DNA from: Fidelibacterota bacterium
GTDB taxonomy: Bacteria; Fidelibacterota; UBA8477; JABMPR01
Reading direction: 5' to 3'
Assembly: GCA_013203185.1 (NCBI GenBank)
Contig: JABMOS010000118.1
Coordinates: 23,006-87,005 of the forward strand
DNA length: 64,000 nucleotides
Shown here in pieces: positions 9,495-18,923 of the stretch. The notes below the pieces were generated by a model. That model saw only the letters and a program-made list of their open reading frames with translations. It did not search any database and was not told where the DNA came from. A program made the position numbers and the translations under genes. Every line of letters starts with the position of its first letter. Position 1 is the first letter of the stretch.

Positions 9495-12365
9495 TCAAAA
9501 CGGATTCACCAGAGCCATTCTCAGATATGATCGGGCTAAAAAATCCTCATTTCTGAGATCATCCTCCCCAGCCCAATAATCAGCATCTCCTCCCCAGCCC
9601 CAGGCAAGGGTAACCAATGGAACCGTCGCCAGTGTTACATCAAATTTTAACTCAGCACCAAATGTTTCTATATGCGCTTCTGATTCAGGGATAAAACCAA
9701 AATCATAAAAAAGAGCTGAGGTCACATTTCCTATACCCAGGCTTAGAATATTAATAGGAGCCTTGTCAAGAATGGGCAAACGCAATTCAGCCGATGAAAA
9801 GATTAACTCGCTTCCAGCATATTGGCCATTTTGCCCCCTTAGGCTAAAGGATTCAGGGGCCGTAATTATTCCGGTGCTTTCAATGAACCTCAAATACTGC
9901 GTTGAAAAATACAGCGGGGCGGATTCTGAAAAACCCAACTTATCTTGCTCAAGGATATCTCCAGTTTGTCCCACATATTTCATGCGACCATATAAGACAA
10001 GAGGTACCCTGGGAATATCAAAGTTAAAGAACCCATCTAGCCAGTATTGGGAATAGTCGAGGTCTCCCCAGATTACTGAAGTAGCGCGCTCCACGTATGC
10101 CTGAATTCCAAGTCCATCATGTGGAAGACTATAGATATCTACATGAGGCCTTTGAGATTTCCAGGTGTAAGTGAGCCCGGTTTTAAACTCTTTTGGGGGT
10201 GAGTTGGTCGTCACTGCACCACCATCCATCATGACCACATTTCGGTTTGAGAATTGCAGTTTTGCCGTAAGGGTATGATTAGAAGAAAGCGATTCTCCAC
10301 TATTCCCAGGGAGGGATATCATTAGGTCAATTTCATCTCTTTGCTCCAGGAAGGAATGCATCGATGTGTTGGTAAAGTGATAAGCCACATTCTTGAATCC
10401 CATGACATGAATTGCAGGTCTAAACTGCAGGTTTGTATATCCGATATATGCACCTGGCATGGAACCATCCCACGGTATTTCAGCACCAGCCTGTAACAAA
10501 TGTTTCCCAAGAGCATCTTCTCCGGCCCCCAGTAGGAGCAAAGCATCACCCACAGGCCAGATAAACTTAAACAGAGGCCGCATTGTCTTTAGTGATTGAT
10601 ATGAGTGAGATTTTTGTGTTAGCAGTTCAGCGTTATAGTCAATTGGGGGCAGCTGAATTTCTGGTGCCTTTGTCCGCCATGCATTGAAAGGTTCTCTGAT
10701 CTGGAGGCCAAGAGAAGGAGCCACCCGAGAGTCTTCAACCACCATGATCCTTACTGTATCCACATCGGCCAGCGTAGATGAAATGATCCTGTTCGAATTG
10801 GGAAGTCTTTGTCTGGAATAAATCCCTTCTGCCACGTCTGTCATCTGGGTTACCTGAAGACTATCCATATCTACACGAAACAGATTGGGGGTTGAATTTC
10901 GATACGAGGTATACACAATGGCTGATCCATCACTTGACCAGACGGGATAGACATCTTCCTCTGGATCGTTGGTGACCTTTTGGAATTGAGTACCATCTAC
11001 ATTCATGATGGCGATATCCACATCACCTTTGATATCCTGAATCATAAACGCCAGCCTTTTTCCATCTGGTGCTAAATCGAGATCTTGAATCTGAATATCA
11101 CCTTCAAAGTGACTCATTTGGATTCGCTTCCCTGATTCAGTATTTTGATAGTAAATCTGTGTGGTTTCAGAGGGGTGAGCCACAAAAAAGACACCCTGTC
11201 CATCGTGAGAAAAAATTGGATGAAGCGCTCTGAAGTTTTGAGTGATCCAGCGACTCTTGCTTGTCTCTACATCAATGAGACGCAGATCATTCAGCAGTGA
11301 GCCATGGCTCCCACGATGATATTCGGCGACAACGAGTTGCTTTGAATCTGGAGACCAAGCGGGATCTCCATTGAACCGCCCGTAGTGAATTTCCTTTACC
11401 TGGTGAGTGGAGTCAGTGCTTTGCAAATACAGCCCATAGTCCCGCATTTTTCTGTCACGGCGACCGACAACTGCTATGGTTTCTACATCTGGTGATATTG
11501 ACGCGCTTTGCACGCTAGTGAAACCTGTGAGGGGAAGCACTTCTCCCACTTCCCCAATGGTCTCCTTTTGGGCTTTGTAACCGTAATAATATGTGTTCAT
11601 CGCGCGACGCCACTCTTCATTAAAAGCTTCAACCGTTTGCCCTGTAACCTCCTTGAAAGCAGCTTTGAAGTCATACCAGTATGGATATTTCTCTTTTTCT
11701 TTTAACAGATAAAGTCGGTGATGCGAGATTTTGACCAGGGTAGAATCACCATATTTCCATGCGAGATAGAGAACTTTTGCATAGCCATCATCGTGGGCAT
11801 CCAGCTCATTCATGCTGTTTCGATAGGTATGGATCTTCATCCGTGAATCGCTGCGACCAACGCGCCAAACTTCTGTCATGTATTCAGCCATGCCTTCAAT
11901 CCACCAGGCTGGGATGGAGAGGCCACCGAAAATCCCGGCCCAGGTTCGGTGAGCCTGGAATTGGACGATATGCTGAAATTCGTGGGTGACCACCAGCTTT
12001 AACCATTTGTCCGAACCCCCAAAATGTCCAGCCACATCATTCTGACTGACCCAGATAAATATTTGATTGCTGGGCATGGCAAAACCATTCATTATTTCAT
12101 CTTCAGCAGAAAAAACGATATCGGTTTTACCAAAATCTTTAACCTGGAGTTGATCCATAATGGGCTGATACGTCTGCTCGGCGATGAGAGCACCTTTTTC
12201 AGCCATGGTTTCCAGTCCCTGATGATAGTGGAGATTAAAATGCTCTGTTTCCAGGGTTTGCCATTTTAATTCTGGATGGGTACGTTGATTCCACATCCAC
12301 ATATTTTGGGCTGACAGGGACTGAGCCATGACAACTAGAGATATTATTATCAGCCTGATATTCAT
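9495..12365 (-). CDS. Secreted multidomain protein: HExxH peptidase-MA-like domain + TolB-like PD40 beta-propeller + C-terminal beta-barrel-like region
   Basis: Signal peptide MNIRLIIISLVVMAQSLSAQ (ATG at 12365). Zinc motif VTHEFQHIVQF with downstream WWIEGMAEY. PD40-type repeats (AWSPDSKQLVV, PIFSHDGQGVFFV, LAPDGKRLAF, PVWSSDGSAIVYTS). The last ~400 aa are strand-like and end ...LRMALVNPF. Confidence 0.6.
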   Translation of the reverse strand: MNIRLIIISLVVMAQSLSAQNMWMWNQRTHPELKWQTLETEHFNLHYHQGLETMAEKGALIAEQTYQPIMDQLQVKDFGKTDIVFSAEDEIMNGFAMPSNQIFIWVSQNDVAGHFGGSDKWLKLVVTHEFQHIVQFQAHRTWAGIFGGLSIPAWWIEGMAEYMTEVWRVGRSDSRMKIHTYRNSMNELDAHDDGYAKVLYLAWKYGDSTLVKISHHRLYLLKEKEKYPYWYDFKAAFKEVTGQTVEAFNEEWRRAMNTYYYGYKAQKETIGEVGEVLPLTGFTSVQSASISPDVETIAVVGRRDRKMRDYGLYLQSTDSTHQVKEIHYGRFNGDPAWSPDSKQLVVAEYHRGSHGSLLNDLRLIDVETSKSRWITQNFRALHPIFSHDGQGVFFVAHPSETTQIYYQNTESGKRIQMSHFEGDIQIQDLDLAPDGKRLAFMIQDIKGDVDIAIMNVDGTQFQKVTNDPEEDVYPVWSSDGSAIVYTSYRNSTPNLFRVDMDSLQVTQMTDVAEGIYSRQRLPNSNRIISSTLADVDTVRIMVVEDSRVAPSLGLQIREPFNAWRTKAPEIQLPPIDYNAELLTQKSHSYQSLKTMRPLFKFIWPVGDALLLLGAGEDALGKHLLQAGAEIPWDGSMPGAYIGYTNLQFRPAIHVMGFKNVAYHFTNTSMHSFLEQRDEIDLMISLPGNSGESLSSNHTLTAKLQFSNRNVVMMDGGAVTTNSPPKEFKTGLTYTWKSQRPHVDIYSLPHDGLGIQAYVERATSVIWGDLDYSQYWLDGFFNFDIPRVPLVLYGRMKYVGQTGDILEQDKLGFSESAPLYFSTQYLRFIESTGIITAPESFSLRGQNGQYAGSELIFSSAELRLPILDKAPINILSLGIGNVTSALFYDFGFIPESEAHIETFGAELKFDVTLATVPLVTLAWGWGGDADYWAGEDDLRNEDFLARSYLRMALVNPF

Positions 12366-12433
12366 TTTTTGTGTTGTGTTTTTGTAGAGATGCAATGCAT
12401 TGGGTTTCTACAAGCAATAATTTCGTATTCTGT

Positions 12434-13405
12434 TTAGAACAATTTCTTTATGATTTCATCCACCGAAACGCCATCAGCTTCAGCATTAAAATTGGTGAGA
12501 ACGCGGTGTCTTAGCACTGGGAGAGCCACCGCTTTGACATCATCAATTGATGGGGTTGGATTGCCCATCATAGCAGCTCGGGCTTTTGCCCCCAGTATGA
12601 GATATTGTGAAGCCCTGGGTCCCGCTCCCCAACCAACCCACTTTTGAATGAAATCAGGAGCATCATCTGAATCAGGTCGTGTTTTACCCACCAAGTCAAC
12701 AGCATAATCAATGACGTTGTCAGCAACCGGGACTCGACGAATGAGGTCCTGGTATTCCATGATAGCCTTTCTATCAAGAATTTTCTTCAATTGGACAGAG
12801 GCACCAGACGTGGTTTGATCCACAATCTGCCGTTCTTCGTCACGACTTGGATATTCGACTCGTAAGTTGAACATAAAACGATCAAGTTGGGCTTCAGGTA
12901 AGGGGTAGGTCCCTTCCTGCTCGATGGGGTTTTGCGTCGCCAGAACGAAAAAGGGTTCATCCAGGACATAGCTTTCCACGCCAGCAGTTACTCTATGCTC
13001 CTGCATGGCTTCCAACAGGGCTGCCTGAGTTTTGGGTGGCGTTCTGTTGATTTCATCAGCAAGAACGATATTGGCAAACACTGGCCCCTTTACAAAGCGA
13101 AACTCACGTTTACCGGTGGTGTGATCTTCTTCGATGATATCAGTACCGGTAATATCCGAAGGCATCAAATCGGGTGTAAACTGAATACGTGAGAAGGAGA
13201 GATCCAATACTTCGGCTAAACTTTTGATCAGTAAGGTTTTTGCGAGGCCAGGTACACCAACCAGAAGAGCGTGTCCCCTTGAAAGCATGGCTATGACCAA
13301 CTGCTCAATGACTTTGTTTTGCCCAACAATTGCCTTTGATAATTCATTTTTCAAGCGGTCAAAAGCATCAACCATTTCATTTAATTTTTTTACATCATCA
13401 GTCAT
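12434..13405 (-). CDS. moxR: MoxR-family AAA+ ATPase
   Basis: Walker A GVPGLAKT, Walker B/MoxR core VLADEINRTPPKTQAALLEAMQE, ATQNPIEQEGTYPLPEAQLDRF. The track start at 13414 is TTG; ATG at 13405 is preferred. Confidence 0.9.
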   Translation of the reverse strand: MTDDVKKLNEMVDAFDRLKNELSKAIVGQNKVIEQLVIAMLSRGHALLVGVPGLAKTLLIKSLAEVLDLSFSRIQFTPDLMPSDITGTDIIEEDHTTGKREFRFVKGPVFANIVLADEINRTPPKTQAALLEAMQEHRVTAGVESYVLDEPFFVLATQNPIEQEGTYPLPEAQLDRFMFNLRVEYPSRDEERQIVDQTTSGASVQLKKILDRKAIMEYQDLIRRVPVADNVIDYAVDLVGKTRPDSDDAPDFIQKWVGWGAGPRASQYLILGAKARAAMMGNPTPSIDDVKAVALPVLRHRVLTNFNAEADGVSVDEIIKKLF

Positions 13406-13607
13406 ATTTATCAATCACCTTCCGGAGCGGTTTAGAAATATATCCTTTAAAAAACCATCGTCATCAAACCCTTCGACAGGCTCAGGGAGACAAGTGTGTG
13501 TAGTGGATTTACAGATTGTCTTGCTGAGGCTCTCGAAGCATAGTATTTCGATTAATGATCAGAACCTATGCTTAGTTTTTTAATCACAAGGAAGTTATTT
13601 GTTCATA

Positions 13608-13650
13608 AGTTCAATAAAATAAAAATCCCCCGATTGCTCGAGGGATTTTG
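13608..13650 (-). terminator. Rho-independent terminator of rplU-rpmA
   Basis: Minus-strand reading: AAAAUCCCUCGA-GCAA-UCGGGGGAUUUU. This is a 12-bp stem with one G-U pair and a GNRA tetraloop, followed by UUUUUAUUUUAUU, about 22 nt after the rpmA stop. Confidence 0.85.
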
Positions 13651-13671
13651 AGGTTTGTACTGGAAAACAGA

Positions 13672-13929
13672 TTAAGCTTCTGGGTAGACGCTTACCTGTT
13701 TTCTCGTGCGGTCTTTACGTTCAAAGGTCACAAAACCATCGATCTTTGCGAAAAGGGTATCATCCCCACCGATGCCAACATTCTGGCCGGGGTGAATGGC
13801 GGTTCCGCGCTGACGGACTATGATACTTCCAGCAGAAACGAATTCTCCACCATAACGTTTTGTACCCAGTCGCTTGGAATGACTCTCGCGACCATTTTTG
13901 GAGCTACCAACACCTTTTTTATGAGCCAT
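13672..13929 (-). CDS. rpmA: 50S ribosomal protein L27
   Basis: [22 protein letters not shown]...VRQRGT is a near-universal bL27 sequence. Confidence 0.97.
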   Translation of the reverse strand: MAHKKGVGSSKNGRESHSKRLGTKRYGGEFVSAGSIIVRQRGTAIHPGQNVGIGGDDTLFAKIDGFVTFERKDRTRKQVSVYPEA

Positions 13930-13931
13930 TG

Positions 13932-14417
13932 CTATTCTCCTTTTTCAGCGGCCGGTTTAGCTGCAGCCTTTTTAACGGCTGGTTTCTTAGCAGCTGGAGC
14001 TTTCTTAGCTGCTGGCTTTTTGGCGGCTGTTGCCTTTTTTGCTGCTGGCTTTGCTGCTTTTACTTCAGCATCGGCCTTGGCGGCGGTTTTCTTGGCAGCA
14101 GGTTTTGCAGGTGCAATACCTTCTACCTTAATCTGTGTAAAACCCTGGCGGTGTCCTTGTTTCTTCTGGTAACCCTTGCGGCGTTTCTTCTTGAAGACGA
14201 TGATTTTCTTAGCGCGACCATGAGCCACAACCGTTCCGTCGATGTCAACATTGGTTAGCTCAGGTGTGCCAACCTCAAGACTTTTACCGTCAGAGTAAGC
14301 CAGTACTCTCTCGACTTTGACCTTATTACCAGGTTCAGCATCGAGAGTCGGAACGTTCAGGACCATACCAGGTTTCACCTTGAACTGTTTCCCTGCAATT
14401 TGGATAATTGCGTACAT
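13932..14417 (-). CDS. rplU: 50S ribosomal protein L21 with Ala/Lys/Pro-rich C-terminal extension
   Basis: [14 protein letters not shown]... is the canonical bL21 N-terminus. AGGAG lies 8 nt upstream of the ATG at 14417. The track start at 14465 lies inside the promoter. The C-terminal ~60 aa are AAKK/AKP repeats. Confidence 0.93.
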   Translation of the reverse strand: MYAIIQIAGKQFKVKPGMVLNVPTLDAEPGNKVKVERVLAYSDGKSLEVGTPELTNVDIDGTVVAHGRAKKIIVFKKKRRKGYQKKQGHRQGFTQIKVEGIAPAKPAAKKTAAKADAEVKAAKPAAKKATAAKKPAAKKAPAAKKPAVKKAAAKPAAEKGE

Positions 14418-14447
14418 AACTTTATCTCCTTTATTAAAAAGCCAGCG

Positions 14448-14476
14448 AATATAGACGGCACCCAAGCATGTGTCAA
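14448..14476 (-). promoter_or_regulatory. Sigma70-type promoter of rplU-rpmA
   Basis: Minus strand reads TTGACA - 17 nt (catgcttgggtgccgtc) - TATATT, about 30 nt upstream of the rplU ATG. Consensus -35, near-consensus -10, optimal spacing. Confidence 0.65.
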
Positions 14477-14538
14477 CGGTATATCACCATTTATTCTATA
14501 TGGAATGCGGGTCTAGCTTGTGCTTTTTGGCTATGTAG

Positions 14539-16527
14539 CTATTTAAGCAACTCTCTGGCTGCCTGAGTTACAGCATCCACGGTCATCCCAAACTTTTCAG
14601 CCAAGACCCCTGCTGGTGCTGAAGCGCCGTAATGATTTATCCCAAGAATTCGGCCTTCTATTCCAACATACTTTTCCCAACCAGTGGGATATCCAGCCTC
14701 AACAGCTAGACGTGTTCGACATTCTGAGGGGAGAACCGAGGCTTTATATTCCGCATCCTGGGCCTCGAACAACTCCCAACTGGGAAAGCTGATGACCCGA
14801 ACCTTGTGTCCCTGCTCAGCTAGTTTTTTACCGGCATCAATGGACATGCTTACCTCTGATCCGCTGGCCATGATCAGAATGTCATGATCACTTCCTGCAT
14901 TCTCCCAGATGGTGTAGGCTCCTTTTTTGAGGTTGGCTGCTGATGGCAGCTCATTCCGGTCCAGAATTGGCAGATTTTGACGGGTGAGTAGAAGCGCAGT
15001 GGGTCCCGACTGGTTTTCCAACGCAGCCACCCAGGCATATCTGGTTTCCGTAGCGTCTGAAGGCCGGATGACGGTGACGTTGGGCGTGATGCGCAAACTC
15101 ATTGTAGTTTCAATTGGTTGATGGGTTGGTCCATCTTCACCCACATAAAAACTGTCATGGGTATACACATAAATGACAGGCAGATTCATCAGAGCTGCCA
15201 GACGCGTGGCTGGCCGAACATAATCAGCAAAAACCAGGAATGTTGCACCGAACACCCGGAAGCCACCATGGAGTTGCATACCATTAATGATGGCACCCAT
15301 TCCTAGTTCACGTACACCAAAGTGCAAATTCCTGCCATTAAAAGCGCCTGCAGCAATATCACCATAACCTTTGAGATTGGTGTTGTTTGATGGAGCAAGA
15401 TCTGCAGAACCTCCCACCAGATAAGGAATGGCTTTCGCCAGGTCCTGTAAAATTTTGCCCGATGCTGATCGGGTGGCGATGGCTCCATCTGGTTCGAAAT
15501 CGCCAATCAGTTCGTCTAGATTTGCAGGCAATTTACCATCCATACACTGAATCCATTCAGCAGCCTTATCAGGCAGATTCATCTGGTAAACATTGAACAT
15601 ATCTTTCCAGACATTCTCTTTTTTTTCATTGGCTCCCACCACCTTTGTGAACAGTTCACGGACTTCGTCTGGAACATGGAATTTTTCTTCAGGTATCCCG
15701 AGAGCCGCTTTGGTCAGCAGAATTTCCTCTTCACCTAAAGGAGCACCATGGGCTTCATGAGAACCAGCCTTGTTTGGTGAACCATAAGCGATGGTTGTTT
15801 TACAGATAATAACAGAGGGTCGATGGGATTCAAGTTGCGCTAGTTTGGTCGCATTGCTGATCTGATCATAATCATGACCATTGATACGCTGTACATGCCA
15901 GCCATATGCTGACATGCGTTTTTCCACATCATCGGAATAGGTGATGCGAGTATCGCCCTCAATACTGATAAAATTCTCATCATAGAACACGATCAACTTG
16001 CCAAGTTTGTGATTCCCTGCAAAGGAAAACGCTTCGTGAGATACGCCCTCCATAAATTCGCCTTCTGAGGCAATGACATAGGTATGATGATCAACCAGTT
16101 TGTGGTCAGGTGTGTTGAAGCGAGAGGCCAGCATTTGCTCAACCAGGGCCATGCCCACTGCATTTCCACATCCTTGCCCCAGTGGACCGGTTGTGGCTTC
16201 CACACCAACGGTGTGTCCCTTTTCAGGATGTCCTGGGGTCAGGCTCCCCCATTGCCGAAAATTCTTGAGCTCATCCAGAGGGAGGTCGTAGCCTGACAAG
16301 TGCAGTAAGCTATAGATAAGCATAGATCCATGCCCTGCCGAAAGGATAAAGCGATCGCGGTCCACCCATTCAGGATTTCGAGGATTATATTTTAAAAATT
16401 TGGTCCAGAGAACTGTGGCCACGTCTGCCATCCCCAGAGGAAGTCCGGGGTGGCCTGAGTTAGCCGCCTGGATTCCATCCATTGACAACCCTCTGATCGT
16501 ATTCGCAATAATTTTATAATCCATCAT
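14539..16527 (-). CDS. tkt: Transketolase
   Basis: [15 protein letters not shown] (ThDP-binding N-terminus), GEGEFMEG-like region and [20 protein letters not shown]. Length 662 aa. Confidence 0.97.
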   Translation of the reverse strand: MMDYKIIANTIRGLSMDGIQAANSGHPGLPLGMADVATVLWTKFLKYNPRNPEWVDRDRFILSAGHGSMLIYSLLHLSGYDLPLDELKNFRQWGSLTPGHPEKGHTVGVEATTGPLGQGCGNAVGMALVEQMLASRFNTPDHKLVDHHTYVIASEGEFMEGVSHEAFSFAGNHKLGKLIVFYDENFISIEGDTRITYSDDVEKRMSAYGWHVQRINGHDYDQISNATKLAQLESHRPSVIICKTTIAYGSPNKAGSHEAHGAPLGEEEILLTKAALGIPEEKFHVPDEVRELFTKVVGANEKKENVWKDMFNVYQMNLPDKAAEWIQCMDGKLPANLDELIGDFEPDGAIATRSASGKILQDLAKAIPYLVGGSADLAPSNNTNLKGYGDIAAGAFNGRNLHFGVRELGMGAIINGMQLHGGFRVFGATFLVFADYVRPATRLAALMNLPVIYVYTHDSFYVGEDGPTHQPIETTMSLRITPNVTVIRPSDATETRYAWVAALENQSGPTALLLTRQNLPILDRNELPSAANLKKGAYTIWENAGSDHDILIMASGSEVSMSIDAGKKLAEQGHKVRVISFPSWELFEAQDAEYKASVLPSECRTRLAVEAGYPTGWEKYVGIEGRILGINHYGASAPAGVLAEKFGMTVDAVTQAARELLK

Positions 16528-16545
16528 ATATAATTCCTCTATTCG

Positions 16546-17460
16546 TTATTCAGTCGAAGATGCAGAACCCCAGGCGTTCCACAAAAGAGCAGATATGTCC
16601 CGCAACAAGGCAAAACCTGCATTGTTCTCTTCCCAGGATTCGTCTTCTTGATTATTGGTAATCACACAAAACACATAGTCATCCCCAGGAGCATTTACCA
16701 GGAGCACTTCAGAGCGTGAGGCATTTACGGCTCCCTGCTTGGAGGCAACCTGAACCGTCCTGGGAACAGATGACAATGCTTCATCATCCCAATAAATCCT
16801 GGTCAGGTATCGGTACATCTCTTCGCTGGCCCACGGTGACACAGCTTTCTGCTCATGAATTAATTGGAGCAGCCCTGCCATTTCTCTGGGTGTGGTTTGT
16901 CCCCATCCATAAATCTCCCAATCATCCTGGCGATCTGGGGTTCTGGAATTCATCCGAGTCTGCGGAAAACCATTGGCATCCAGCCACCTATTTATCTCAA
17001 GCCCACCGCCTGATAATTGCTGGCACCATAGACTGGCCAGATTGTCACTGTAGGTGATCATGAGGGATATAATTTTTGAAAGTGATATGCTGGAACTATC
17101 CTTAAAACAACTCAATATGCCATCATCGGTGTAATTCACCAAATCAGAGGACCAGATGAAGGTTGAATCGTAATCAATATCCCCGTTCTGAATTTTTTGG
17201 AAGAGGGTAAGCAGGATTGGCACCTTGACCATACTGGCCGTGGGGAAAAGATCATCGGCGTTGATCTCAACCTCCTCACCAGTCCTCAGGTTTTTAGCAT
17301 AAACCCCGACATCCCCTTTGAATGCTGAGACCAGAGTATCAAGCTCAGGTTTTACTGCATGCTCGCTTTCAACCAGAACTGTCCTGGAAGCTGAGCACCC
17401 CCCAACTATCAAAAGTAAACTTAAGATGATGATTACGCGGCCATAGCTTAGGGATCGCAT
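16546..17460 (-). CDS. Class A beta-lactamase-related serine hydrolase, lipoprotein
   Basis: SxxK (SMVK) and SDN (YSDN) motifs are present; the third motif reads KQG rather than KTG/KSG. The signal peptide MRSLSYGRVIIILSLLLIVGGC has a lipobox, with ATG at 17460. Substrate unknown. Confidence 0.6.
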   Translation of the reverse strand: MRSLSYGRVIIILSLLLIVGGCSASRTVLVESEHAVKPELDTLVSAFKGDVGVYAKNLRTGEEVEINADDLFPTASMVKVPILLTLFQKIQNGDIDYDSTFIWSSDLVNYTDDGILSCFKDSSSISLSKIISLMITYSDNLASLWCQQLSGGGLEINRWLDANGFPQTRMNSRTPDRQDDWEIYGWGQTTPREMAGLLQLIHEQKAVSPWASEEMYRYLTRIYWDDEALSSVPRTVQVASKQGAVNASRSEVLLVNAPGDDYVFCVITNNQEDESWEENNAGFALLRDISALLWNAWGSASSTE

Positions 17461-17493
17461 GTTTGAAACCTCTCTCGCCTCTAGCATTAGGAA

Positions 17494-17922
17494 TTAGTCT
17501 TTTAGATGAATGAGCTCGATCTGAGCTTCTTTGGCGTGGATTTTAATCCTTTCATCTCGATACAATTCACCATAAAAAATGCGTTTGATACCAGAATTGG
17601 CAATAAGTTTAAAACAGTTGTAGCAGGGACTGGCGGTTACATAAATATCTGACCCGTCAATACTGACACCATTTCTAGCGGCCTGCACAATGGCATTTGC
17701 TTCAGCATGTACCGTTCGTACACAGTGTCCGTTATCCATTTCATGGCCAACTTCCTCACAGTGGGGTAACCCTCTGATGGAGCCATTGTATCCAGTAGAT
17801 AGAATCATTTTGTCACGGACGATAACAGCGCCAACAAATTTTCGATCACAAGTAGAGCGTGTGGAAACATCAAGCGCAATCTGCATAAAATAATTGTCCC
17901 AGGAGGTTCTTTCCTTCGTCAT
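17494..17922 (-). CDS. Deoxycytidylate (dCMP) deaminase
   Basis: Zinc-deaminase motifs HAEANAI and PCYNCFKL. Size and N-terminus (WDNYFMQIA) are typical of dCMP deaminase/ComEB. Confidence 0.85.
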   Translation of the reverse strand: MTKERTSWDNYFMQIALDVSTRSTCDRKFVGAVIVRDKMILSTGYNGSIRGLPHCEEVGHEMDNGHCVRTVHAEANAIVQAARNGVSIDGSDIYVTASPCYNCFKLIANSGIKRIFYGELYRDERIKIHAKEAQIELIHLKD

Positions 17923-17939
17923 GTCTCCAAATTCCTTAT

Positions 17940-18923
17940 TTATTCAACAATCAACGTTTTGGTTGTACCGATGATACGCTTTGCATGATTTTTTAATTCT
18001 GGCTGCCACCATTTCATCAGCTTTTCGGACAAAGGTTCTTTTACAAAGCCAATGTCTTCCAACATCTTCAACACCATCTGGCCAATGGCACGATAATTAC
18101 CATCAAGCACTTTCACAGCCAGTCCATAGACTTGACCGTCAGGCATGATAAATCCTGCAGCTGAAACAGCTTCAGCACCCCCCTTTGACATAAGTCTTTC
18201 TGGATAACTTTCCATAAGCGCCGTATCAAAGCGACCTTCACCTCCAACCAGATGGGGATCTCCATTCATGGCCTGAAAAATCTGGCGACTTTCCTGATTC
18301 TCTTGTTGGCTTATTCGGGCAAAAGCCCTGGCCACTTTTTGGAGCGACAGGTGGAATACTGGAGCCGAACAACCGTCCACCCCTCGATGAATTTGATCAG
18401 AAGAGGTGTACTCTTTCACAATGGAGTAGATGTATTGTTGTACAGGATGGTCTGGGTTCAAATAGTCCTGTGGATCATGCCCCAGTTGAACACAGGTGGC
18501 CAACATTCCAGAATGTTTCCCAGAGCAGTTGTTATGAATTTGCTGAGGAGCTATTCCTGCATTTTGCAGGGCCTGAGCGCTTTCCCTGTGGATGGGTGGA
18601 TGAATGCCACAGGCCAGGAGATCTGGACTAATTCCTGCTTTAGAGAATATCTGGGATACTGTTTCAGTATGAACTGGTTCACCACTATGAGAAGAGCAGA
18701 TGACCGCTAACTCTTGTGGGGTAAAGCTGAAATTATCATATGCGCCTGAGCGTAAAACTGCCATTCCCTGGAGGGGTTTGGCCGATGACCGAACATAGGT
18801 GAGATATTCTGTATCCCCATAAGCTCTGACAATGTTACCAGCTGGGTCAACAATGACGCCATATCCTACATGAAAGCTTTCAACGTGACCCGATCTTGTA
18901 ACCTGGGTGATCAGTGATTTCAT
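17940..18923 (-). CDS. Asparaginase family protein (L-asparaginase II / Rhizobium-type family)
   Basis: VESFHVGYGVIVD...YVRSSAKPLQ and NCSGKHSGML match the Asparaginase_II family pattern as I recall it. Confidence 0.65.
   Translation of the reverse strand: MKSLITQVTRSGHVESFHVGYGVIVDPAGNIVRAYGDTEYLTYVRSSAKPLQGMAVLRSGAYDNFSFTPQELAVICSSHSGEPVHTETVSQIFSKAGISPDLLACGIHPPIHRESAQALQNAGIAPQQIHNNCSGKHSGMLATCVQLGHDPQDYLNPDHPVQQYIYSIVKEYTSSDQIHRGVDGCSAPVFHLSLQKVARAFARISQQENQESRQIFQAMNGDPHLVGGEGRFDTALMESYPERLMSKGGAEAVSAAGFIMPDGQVYGLAVKVLDGNYRAIGQMVLKMLEDIGFVKEPLSEKLMKWWQPELKNHAKRIIGTTKTLIVE

Noticed and set aside
7891-13405. MoxR AAA+/DUF58 genes as an anti-phage defence system
   Set aside because: There are no nuclease, sensor or other defence-associated domains nearby. 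The neighbours are envelope proteins, and the MoxR/DUF58 sequence features are those of the chaperone-like Bat/RavA group.
13935-14110. Possible tandem DNA repeat or CRISPR-like array in the GC-rich repetitive tract (and similarly at 4090-4413)
   Set aside because: There is no fixed repeat unit with unique spacers. The periodicity is codon-level (Ala/Lys/Pro or Ala/Gly/Thr) and in frame with the host genes, so it is low-complexity coding sequence.
13648-14258. Two long plus-strand ORFs (174 aa and 132 aa) rich in Ala/Phe/Leu/Cys
   Set aside because: They are the antisense and alternative-frame shadow of the rpmA gene and the GCN/AAR low-complexity tail of rplU. They have no RBS and no recognisable family, and they overlap two universally conserved ribosomal protein genes.
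14418-14465. Upstream extension of rplU (MGAVYIRWLFNKGDKV...)
   Set aside because: It covers the TTGACA-17-TATATT promoter and the AGGAG RBS. The canonical bL21 N-terminus MYAIIQ starts at 14417.
16546-17460. Calling the class A beta-lactamase-like gene an antibiotic-resistance determinant
   Set aside because: Only the SxxK and SDN motifs are evident. The KTG box reads KQG, and I could not identify an omega-loop Glu166 equivalent. It is chromosomal, lipoprotein-type and sits among housekeeping genes, so I report it only as a serine hydrolase of that fold.
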